Shown here piece after piece: positions 1 through 9,400 of a stretch of 32,000 nucleotides of DNA; position 1 is the stretch's first letter, and each line of letters begins with the position of its first letter. The notes under the pieces are model-generated. The model ran no database searches and was not told the origin of the DNA. It was given only the letters and a program-made list of their open reading frames with translations. The stretch covers positions 90,001 through 122,000 of the forward strand of contig RQZE01000002.1 of assembly GCA_003858585.1 (NCBI GenBank). Reading direction: 5' to 3'. Made by a program: the position numbers and the translations under genes. Source of the DNA: Erysipelotrichaceae bacterium OH741_COT-311 (GTDB taxonomy: Bacteria > Bacillota_I > Bacilli_A > Erysipelotrichales > Erysipelotrichaceae).

Positions 1-1562
1 AACGTGGAGTTGCTAAAGCAGAGAAAGCATTTGGCGTTAGTAATCTATATGACTTAAAGAATACACAGTTGGTGCATCATTTAAATCAAGCGTTGAAGGC
101 AAATTATACAATGCATAATGATGTAGAATATGTAGTGGAAAATGATGAGATTGTCATTGTTGATCAGTTTACCGGTCGTAAGATGCCAGGAAGAGCGTAT
201 AGTGATGGATTACATCAAGCCATTGAGGCTAAGGAAGGTGTTCCAATTAAGCAGGAAACAACAACGTTAGCGACTATTACGTATCAAAACTTTTTCCGTT
301 TGTATAAAAAGCTTGCAGGTATGACAGGGACAGCTAAGACAGAGGAAGAAGAGTTTTTAAGTATTTATAATATGCGTGTTATTGAAATTCCAACGCATCG
401 CCCGATTGCACGTATTGATTATCCGGATGCAGTATTTGGTAGCGTGGAAGCAAAGTTTAATGCTCTTGTAAATGAAGTAAAGGAATTAAATGAAAAAGGA
501 CAACCGGTATTAGTAGGTACCATTAGTGTTGAAACCTCAGAATATTTATCAAAGCGTTTCAAACAAGCTGGTATTAAGCATAATGTATTGAATGCAAAAA
601 ACCATGAACGTGAAGCAGACATCATTGCGGATGCCGGTAAAAAGTATGCAGTAACCATCGCAACCAATATGGCAGGGCGTGGTACGGATATTAAGTTGCA
701 AGAAGGTGTAAAAGAATTAGGTGGTTTAGCCGTATTGGGTAGTGAACGTCATGAATCACGTCGTATTGATAATCAGCTACGTGGACGTAGTGGTCGTCAA
801 GGGGATGTAGGGTTTTCACGTTTCTATGTATCGGTAAAAGATGAATTGATGTTACGCTTTGGTTCTGAACGTTTCGCTGCTTTATTTGCAAGTCTTGGTG
901 ATGTTCCGATTGAATCAAAGAGTATTACTAGAGCTATTGGTAGTGCACAAAAGCGTGTAGAAGGGGTTAACTTTGATGTACGTAAAACGTTATTGGATTA
1001 TGATGATGTGTTACGTCAACAACGTGAGGTTATTTATGCTCAACGTAACTTTATTTTAGAAAATGATGATGTGCATAGTATTGTTTATGATATGTTTAAA
1101 CGTGTTATTACCAATGTAGTCTTAAATAACTGTGTAGAAACACGTAAAGGAAAAGAAGTTGATGTGGATAGTTTACTTACTTCTTTAGATACAATGGGTT
1201 TTGTTGGTTTAACAAAACAAGATTTAATGAATCAGGAAGTAGAAGTAATTATTGATAAATGTGTTGCGACTGCTTGGAATACGTATGAAGAAAAAATTGC
1301 GCCATTTAAGGAACAAATCTTGCCAATTGAAAAGACTATGGTGTTAAAGGTGATTGATCGAGCATGGATTAATCATATTGATACGATGTCAAAATTACGT
1401 GAGGGAATTCATTTACGTGGTTATGCTCAAAATAATCCACTACAAGAATATGTTACAGAAGGCTATCAAATGTTTGAAGATATGATGGCGAGTATTTCTA
1501 GTGAAGTTGTAACTTTCTGTATGAATGTTAAAATAGAAGTAACGGAGCGTAAAAAGAAATAA
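1..1562 (+). CDS. secA: Preprotein translocase ATPase SecA, 5'-truncated by the window edge (C-terminal ~520 aa)
   Basis: The reading frame is open from nt 3 (RGVAKAEKAFGVSNLYDLKNTQLVHHLNQALKAN...), so the track Met at 69 is internal. SecA signatures are present: GMTGTAKTEEEEF, IATNMAGRGTDIKL, LRGRSGRQGD. The stop is TAA 1560-1562. secA-prfB adjacency is the classical Bacillus-type synteny. Confidence 0.96.
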   Translation, partial: RGVAKAEKAFGVSNLYDLKNTQLVHHLNQALKANYTMHNDVEYVVENDEIVIVDQFTGRKMPGRAYSDGLHQAIEAKEGVPIKQETTTLATITYQNFFRLYKKLAGMTGTAKTEEEEFLSIYNMRVIEIPTHRPIARIDYPDAVFGSVEAKFNALVNEVKELNEKGQPVLVGTISVETSEYLSKRFKQAGIKHNVLNAKNHEREADIIADAGKKYAVTIATNMAGRGTDIKLQEGVKELGGLAVLGSERHESRRIDNQLRGRSGRQGDVGFSRFYVSVKDELMLRFGSERFAALFASLGDVPIESKSITRAIGSAQKRVEGVNFDVRKTLLDYDDVLRQQREVIYAQRNFILENDDVHSIVYDMFKRVITNVVLNNCVETRKGKEVDVDSLLTSLDTMGFVGLTKQDLMNQEVEVIIDKCVATAWNTYEEKIAPFKEQILPIEKTMVLKVIDRAWINHIDTMSKLREGIHLRGYAQNNPLQEYVTEGYQMFEDMMASISSEVVTFCMNVKIEVTERKKK

Positions 1563-2666
1563 TGGAACTATTTGAAATAAAACAAAGCCTAGAAGTTTTT
1601 CAAACAAAACTGCAAGTACTAGGCAATTCTCTTTGACTTGGAAGGGAAAGAAAAACAAATTCAAAAAAATGAAGAAACAATGAGTCATCCTGGTTTTTGG
1701 GATGACCCTAAGGCTGCACAAAAGCTAATCAAAGAACATAATTATCAAAAGGATGTTGTAAAGCAATATCGTTATTTACAAGAACAAGTGAATTTTCTTT
1801 TTCAATCAATGAACGAATTAAAAGATCATTATGACGAAGAGTTGAATGAATTAATTCAACTTGAGTTTGAAACGCTATGCAAGGAGTTTGAAGCGTTTGA
1901 AGTGAATGTATTACTTTCTCATCCGTATGATACAAATAATGCCATTATTGAGCTTCATCCCGGTGCTGGAGGTACAGAGTCTCAAGATTGGGCACAGATG
2001 TTATTTCGCATGTATAACAAGTGGGCAAATAAAAAGGGGTTTAAATTTAAAGTCTTGGACTACCAAGATGGAGATGAAGCGGGTTTAAAATCTTGTACGG
2101 TTATGATTGAAGGAACTATGGCTTATGGCTTATTGAAAGCAGAAAAAGGAGTACATCGATTAGTTCGTATTTCACCTTTTGATGCTTCCGGTAGACGCCA
2201 TACTTCTTTTGCTTCTTTAGATGTAATGCCGGAATTTAATGATGAAATTAACATTGTGATTGAAGATAAAGACTTGGTAGTGGAAACAATGCGTGCATCC
2301 GGTGCAGGTGGGCAACATATCAATAAAACGGATAGTGCTGTACGTATGCTACATATACCAAGTCAGATTGTGGTTACTTGTCAAAGTGAACGTAGCCAAA
2401 TTGCAAATCGTGAACGTTGTTTACAAATGTTAAAAAGTAAATTGTATCAAAAACATATCGAAGAACAAGAAGCACGTTTGAAACAATTAAAAGGAGAACA
2501 ATTATCCAATCAGTGGGGTTCTCAAATTCGATCTTATGTATTTTGTCCATACACTTTAGTCAAAGATCATAGAAGTAATTATGAGGTTGGAAATGTGGAA
2601 AGTGTTATGGATGGAAATATCGACGATTTTATTTTTAATTATTTAAAAAATAAAATTGATGAATAG
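1562..2666 (+). CDS. prfB: Peptide chain release factor 2, expressed through a programmed +1 frameshift
   Basis: ATG 1562 overlaps the secA stop (TAATG). Frame 0 reads MELFEIKQSLEVFQTKLQVLGNSL and then hits TGA at 1634-1636. A +1 slip on CTT TGA C joins the 1638..2666 ORF (D-LEGKEKQIQ...). RF2 hallmarks are SPF (RISPFDASGRRHTSF) and GGQ (SGAGGQHINKTDSAV). Confidence 0.93.
1631..1637 (+). promoter_or_regulatory. RF2 autoregulatory +1 frameshift site CTT TGA C
   Basis: The exact heptamer CTTTGAC sits at codon 24/25 of prfB. The only SD-like element upstream is a weak AGG at 1621-1623. Confidence 0.9.
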
Positions 2667-2676
2667 GAGGAAATGT

Positions 2677-3072
2677 ATGAAAATCAATGAAGCAATTGAA
2701 AACTATTTAGAAACGATTTTAATTTTATCTGAAACCAAAGAAAAGGTGCGTATGTCGGATGTGGCAAAACACTTAAATGTTTCAAAACCAAGTGTAAATA
2801 GCGCCATGAATAAACTTCAAGATAATGGCTATATTATACAGGAGTTTTATGGAACAATCCAACTTACTCCAAAAGGGCTTGCTTATGCTACTAAGGTGTA
2901 TAGTCGTCATAAATTGTTTCGTGAGTTTTTGATTAAAGTCTTAAAAATCAATCCGATTGTTGCTGAAGAAGATGCATGTCACATGGAGCATTGTGTTTCT
3001 GATGAAACCATGGCTAGTTTTGAAGTGTTTATTAAAGAACAGTTAGAGTTGGTGAAACAACATGAATCATAA
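2677..3072 (+). CDS. DtxR/MntR-family metal-dependent transcriptional regulator (two-domain, MntR-like, 131 aa)
   Basis: AGGAGG at 2665-2670 lies 6 nt before ATG 2677, so the track start at 2656 is trimmed. There is a winged-HTH (VRMSDVAKHLNVSKPSVNSAMNKLQDNGYI) and a metal-site block (SRHKLFREFL...EEDACHMEHCVSDE). There is no SH3-like third domain. Confidence 0.85.
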   Translation: MKINEAIENYLETILILSETKEKVRMSDVAKHLNVSKPSVNSAMNKLQDNGYIIQEFYGTIQLTPKGLAYATKVYSRHKLFREFLIKVLKINPIVAEEDACHMEHCVSDETMASFEVFIKEQLELVKQHES

Positions 3073-3307
3073 AACAGAAATTTATATTCGCTATATAGCG
3101 ATTATAGCCTGTGTGTTGGGATTTATCGGTCTAATACTACGAAATGATTGGATTGTTTCGTTAGTGTTTTCTATCTTCTTAGGATTTATTGCTATATTAG
3201 GATTTAAAAATTATAAGACGTTATCCAAACGTATGCGAGGGTTTGTTATTGTGTGTGCAATCTTATCCGCTATGATTTTTCTATCAAAGGTCATTCCTAT
3301 TTTATAA
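3062..3307 (+). CDS. Small membrane protein (81 aa, ~3 hydrophobic helices), hypothetical
   Basis: ATG 3062 overlaps the regulator stop by 11 nt. Hydrophobic segments are IAIIACVLGFIGLIL, IVSLVFSIFLGFIAILGF and FVIVCAILSAMIFL. A terminator follows directly. I recognise no homology. Confidence 0.5.
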   Translation: MNHKTEIYIRYIAIIACVLGFIGLILRNDWIVSLVFSIFLGFIAILGFKNYKTLSKRMRGFVIVCAILSAMIFLSKVIPIL

Positions 3308-3339
3308 GCGTATTTACAAAAGTAAATATGCTTTTTTTA
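3307..3339 (+). terminator. Rho-independent terminator
   Basis: AGCGTATTTAC (3307-3317), loop AAAA, GTAAATATGCT (3322-3332). This is an 11-bp stem with one G-U pair, followed by TTTTTT. Confidence 0.75.
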
Positions 3340-3348
3340 GTATATTTC

Positions 3349-3377
3349 TAGTCACGAAAAATATATTGTGATATAAT
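3349..3377 (+). promoter_or_regulatory. Putative sigma-A promoter of the giant surface-protein gene
   Basis: TAGTCA (3349-3354), 17-nt spacer, extended -10 TGaTATAAT (3369-3377). SD AAAGGGGG at 3393-3400 precedes ATG 3407. Confidence 0.5.
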
Positions 3378-3406
3378 TATTTAGCATTTTTTAAAGGGGG
3401 ATTTAT

Positions 3407-6400
3407 ATGATCAAACTACTTAAATTGTTTAAAGTAGTACTAATGGTCGGTATATTGTTGACGTTGTTTCCACAACAAACGATATATGCAAATACAGATC
3501 AAGATGTCCAAATGGACATTATTACAAGAGACAAAGATAATAAAGGTAACAGTGTGTATTCATATTTGACGGGAATGGAAATTCGTGCACAAGCAGATAT
3601 TTTGGTTTCAGGACCAAAAATCTATTATCCAAAAGGACAACTGATTATTCGTGTTCCCAAATCAACTACAAACGGATTGCAGATTAAAAAGCCTAACTTT
3701 GTTTCGTCTATTGAGGCAATCAGCTCGGTAGAATCGCAAGATGCAACACATTATGTAATGACATATACGTTTAAAGAAATCAAAGGTGGATTGCTTGGAA
3801 CGTATGATTTTCCTTTGCGTTTTGAAAATGAAATTACAGCCAATGGAGATACGATTACTCCGTCTTGGGAAATGGTGGATGCGGATGGTAATGTTATTAA
3901 AAAAGTAGAACGTACGTTTACGGCGATTGCTTCCAGTGATTGGGAGCCGTTAAAATGGTTAAATGAATGGGACTATGCTTTTAATGGCGCATATAATACA
4001 TCGAGTATTGGGAATCCTGAAAAGGATGGATATAAAGAATTAAGAAGAACTTACATTGATCAAAAGGCACCAACTGTAACATCAAGTGATGGAACAGGTT
4101 TTGCAGTTAAGTACTATGTTGATGCTCGTTTTGCACCTAAAAATGGGACAGATACACAGTTTGGTATTTATAATGCTCAAACGGTAACTTTTGTTGATAC
4201 TCTGCCTCAAGGAGCTGTTTTGGATGATGTAAGCGTTAGAAATGGATGGGTATATGATCCTTTAACACACACAGCTTCTAAGACGGTTGATATTACTAAG
4301 CTTCAAGACTTAGGGAATAATCGTAAGGGTATTCGTACGTGGATACAGATTAAGTATGCCAATGAGCCGGTTGATAAAGTCCAAAAAAATAACCTGAAAA
4401 TCATTATGGACAAAGATTTACCGAATGAAAAGATAAGTAGCGATGTTCACTATAACATTAAATTCAAATTGTTGGAACAAAAGTCACAAACACCAACAGG
4501 ACACATTCGAACTGGACGTTCTTACTTAGATACGCATGCAGAAAAAACGTATGTATATAATCCGGATACGCAAAAAGTAAATAGTCGTAGTGGAGAAGAA
4601 GTAGAAGGATTAACGTATATAACATATTTTCTTAATGAAAACAATGGAATGTGGAACGGTTCTAATAACACAAAAACAACAGGTGGTATTAAAACAGAGT
4701 TTTCAGAGTTTACATTCCATAATCTAGATTCACGTTTATATTTTAATAAGTTAGGTATTTATAGTTTTAATGGTCATGGTAATGATGTTAAAACCATTTT
4801 TAACAATACAGAAAATGAAGTCTATGGTGTCAAATCTGATGGAACTCAAGTTTTATTAAAGCGTAACTTGCGTATTCCGGATGCATCTGTGGATAATCGA
4901 ACAGTTATACCAAATGATGCTTCAGAAGTTATCATTAACGATAAGGCAAGAGAATATCATAAAATTGTAATTAAATTTCCAAATAAGATTGTGTTTAATA
5001 ACTCGTGGGTTCGTTTTTATAACATTGTTTCGCCTGTGGAAAATGAACTTAAAAAGTTTAAAAATTTTGAGTACAAAGATAAACAACGTTACGAGTTAAG
5101 TGCAAGTGCTAAAGCACGTGAATTAACGGGAACAGCAATTGTAGCACGCAAAGATAATGCGGGAAATTGGCAATTGGATCCAAATACACCTGCTGGAGTA
5201 ACCATTAATCCTATAACGGGGCAAATTAAAGTTCCTCAATCTTTAGTAGTTGAGAATTCTCCGATTGTTGCTAATAGTTTTTATAAAAATGTAACTACGT
5301 ATAAGACAGTTCAACAACCAAACATGAAAACTACAGCAATGCCAATTATACATTTTAAAGAGGATATGACAACAGAAATATTGCCTCCCGTACATCACAC
5401 TGATGTAGATAAGATGGAAGTGAAGTATGTACATCCCATTTTAGGCGAAAAGCAATTGATTGTTTCAAAAGCAAATGGATATTGGTCATTTGTAAATGAA
5501 GTAGAAGCTGGTGTTTCCATCGATTCAGTGAGTGGGGCCATTACCATTAAAGCTGATGGAATTGTAAGTGATTCTACAATTAAAGGGAAAGCTTTTATTG
5601 GTAATCAAGAAGGGAATGAAGCCTTTAGTCGTACGCCATTTAAAAATCAAAATCAAAATTTGGAAATACGTCCTACTTCTGCTATTACATCTTATAATGA
5701 TGCTGATGGTTTTGTAATAGAACCATATGCAGATAATCGAACAGATCGCATTGAAATTGACTATGAGGCAGTAGATAATTCCGTAAATACGGCAAGCTTT
5801 GCAGATCGTAATGAATATTATACAGGGAATCATTGGGATGTTATCGAGTTTCCGTGGATTAAAGCGAAATTAAATCATGGTGATAATCATACGGTTTATT
5901 ATAGTAGTGCACCTAAAGCAAATTATCGCGAGTTATATATTCAAGGTAGCATGGGTGGTTCTTGGACAACAAGTAATTTTAATGCCAACTTTACTATGAT
6001 TACCTTACTTCCTTCCGGTGTTAATTTTGTTGAACATAGTCGATTAACAAGTCAACGCAACGCGAAGGACAATCAAAACCCTCCGATTATAGAAGAAAAC
6101 TTTAGAGGAACCGGTCGTACAGCCGTTATTTATAAGTTTAATGGAACAAAGTTGCCTAATCTTGATGATACATCTTATTTTGATGGTTCTTATTCAGGGA
6201 GTTACTTTAAAGTCGATGTTACAACTTTAGCAAATGAAGGGGATAATCTGGTTGAACACTTTCTTTACTGGGACAAAGATCACATTATTCAACCTTCCGA
6301 CAGTGCATATGTCGATGCTTTGGACTTAGATGGAGATGGTAATACTAACGAGACATTTATTCGTAAAACAAATCGTATTACTCTTATCTTACCAAATGAA

Positions 6401-9400
6401 GTAACAGGGAAAAAACAAGTTTCTTTAGATAAGCAAAATTGGGTATTAAATGCTCCTCCGCAAGATATTGGTAAAGATGTTTATTATAAATTAAATGTAT
6501 TAAATAATTCAATCCGTGGTTTAGATAAATTTAAATTAATTGATGTGCTTCCTGCCATCAACGACCATAATATCACACCAAATGATCAAGGGATTTATGT
6601 TCCAAGGGGAACAAAAATTGTTACTCCGCTTGTAGAAGGAATTGAAACCGTTGCGGAAAATGCTCCTTATCTAAATGATTGGAATTTTTATTACAGTATT
6701 ACCGAGCAAGGAGCAGATTTTGATAGTGTACTTCATGCACAGTGGTTAACTGCCGATCAAATTACCGATTGGAATGATGTTAAAGCCATTAAGGCAGAAG
6801 TAAAACCTGGAAGAGTATTTGCAAGTAAGAGTGAAATCAATTTTATTTTACATGCAAGAATTCCATATGATAAAACATTAGAAAATAATTTGCCGGCCCA
6901 TAACTCTTTTGCGATTAGTACCTTAGGAGTTAACTATGCAGAAGCTAATGAAGCTGTTGTGTCTAATATTCGTTATGAAGTAAATGGAGTTATTTTCTTT
7001 GATAAGAATCGAAATGCAAAATTAGATAGTGATGAAATACCATTGAACGGCTATAAAGTAGAGCTTGTAAATGAACAAGGTATGCCATATATAGATCGAG
7101 ATGGCAAGCCGATCTTTGCCTATACGAATGAACAAGGTTACTATCAAATGAATGTTTTTGAACGTGGTAATTACTCAGTTAAAATTCACAAAAAATATGA
7201 AGATGAACGTTTCTTGGATCGTGTTTATGAAATTGATACGACAGATGCAAATGGACAACCGATAAAGCAAGCCAAACCAGGAACTACCATTTCGAATAAT
7301 AAGGGTGTTATTGGTAGTGATGCAACAGCAAATGCAGATAATTTGACTGCCAATACACCGGTGTTTGCTTTAAATCCGGTAACACGTATTGGTACGCGTA
7401 ATGCAGCAGTCGGTATTTCTAAAGGGGAAATTGTTGTTTTAAAGAAGGACGAACAAGGTAAGTTATTACAAGGGGTTACTTTTGAACTTTACAAGGATCA
7501 ACAATTACTTGCAAGTAAGACAACGGATGAGAATGGAACGATTATTTTTGAACGCTTAGATTTAAATCAAGAGTATAAAGTGGTTGAAAAAGAAACGTTA
7601 CCGCAATATGTTTTAGATTCACAAGAATATCTTGTTACACCAAATGAAGATAAACCGTTTCCGATTATTACGATTGAAAATAAAGTAAAACGTGGAAGTG
7701 TAACGGTTGTGAAAAAAGATCGTGAAACCAATGAAGTGATTGAAGGGGCAATTTTTACTTTAACAAATGACAGCCATCACTATGAAGCAACAAGTAATCA
7801 ACAAGGGATTGCACGTTTTGATGGAGTTCTATATGGAGAGTATACACTGCAAGAAGTAAAACCGGCTCTTGGTTATAATTTAGCTCAAGAAGTAAGACAG
7901 GTTCGTGTTATAGAAGATGGTAAAGTAGTAGAAGTTGGTGATTACTTTAATGATGTTATTAAGGGAAACGTGGTTGTGATGAAACAAGCACGTACCATTG
8001 AACCATTGAAACAACGTGGGGTCTTTGCAGTAGAAGCTAATCAAGATGTGGAAGTGGAGACATACTTAAATAAAGAATTAGAAGGAACATTGGTCTTTAA
8101 AAAGATAAATCCTCTTACTAAAGATCCAATTAAAGATTTTGTATTTACTATTACCAGTCTTGATGGAGTAACAACATATAGTGCAACAACCAATGATCAA
8201 GGTATTGCAACGTTTCAAAATATAAATAAAAATTATTATAAATTGGAAGAAACAACAATTCTTTATGATAATAATACAAATAAAGGGGTTTCTGCTATTT
8301 ATGAAGTGGAGAAACAGGATGTAGGTCCATATCTTGAAAAAGAGTTGGAAGGAACGGTTAAATTTAAAAAGGTAGATCCGATTACTAATGTTCCTATGGC
8401 AAATGTGGGTTATCGTTTAGTAAGTAAGGATAAAACAAAAGAATACAATGCTGTTAGTAATGCAGAGGGTATTGTTGAATTTAATCATGTGGAGTATGCC
8501 GTATATGATTTAATTGAAGAGGTAGAAGTAAATACAAGTGAAAGTGTTAAGCTTGTAAATGCGATTGTAGATGTTGAAGATACAAATACTCATAAGTATT
8601 TAAAACAAAAGATTCATGGTAATTTAACTGTGAAGAAAGTTCATCCGGATACAAAGCTTCCGGTAAAAAACTTTGAATTAAAGTTGGTGAGTGTCTATGG
8701 TACAAATACTTATAGCGCAACAACTAATGAAGAAGGCATTGCAGTATTTGAAGATATCATCTCTAACTACTATGACTTACAAGAAGTGAATATTGCTTCA
8801 GCTTCTCGTAGTATTGAGGATGGTGTAACGATTGTAAATCATGAAGGTATTACATTAGAAGAATTTTTAGCGAATCCACTTACTGAAGATTTAATCATTA
8901 AAAAAGTAAATCCTGCTAATGGATTGCCAATTGTCAATATGGAGGTGCAATTAGTTAGTGTGGATGGCACAAAAACGTATAAGGCTACAACGGATGAAGA
9001 AGGGTTTGCAAGTTTCACGGGGGTTGCCAACAAGCAATATACTTATGTAGAAAAGATGATTTTAAATCCTAGTAATTTAGTAGAGGATGGAGTTTCCCTC
9101 ATCTATAAAGAAGAAATGGATTTAACTACGTATCTAGCTAATGATATAAGTGGAAATGTAACTTTAATTAAATATAAAGCAGATGGTAGTGAGGTTATTT
9201 CCAATAAATCTTTGTATTTAGAACATAAAGCGGATCAAACTCGTTATGAAGCACTGACGGATGCAAAAGGAGTTGCAACGTTTACAGGAATACCTTTAGG
9301 TTCTTATAAAGTGCTTGAAGTGAATCCAATTGCAACATATGAAACAGGAAATGATGGAATATCAATTTTTATTCGTAATGAAGATAATATTGAAACGTAT

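Noticed and set aside
419-918. Antisense ORFs 419..667(-) and 691..918(-) inside secA. Analogous antisense or alternative-frame ORFs occur inside prfB (1440..1721-, 1729..1935-, 1906..2088+, 2123..2323-), the adhesin gene (5243..5434-, 5525..5833-, 8839..9033-, 10337..10543-), fusA (14193..14414+, 15549..15797+), tuf (16413..16601-, 16679..17131-, 17300..17485-), and the ABC genes (27970..28290-, 30312..30554-).
   Set aside because: All lie entirely within strongly supported conserved genes. They lack SD sequences and have skewed, low-complexity compositions typical of shadow ORFs opposite AT-rich coding DNA.
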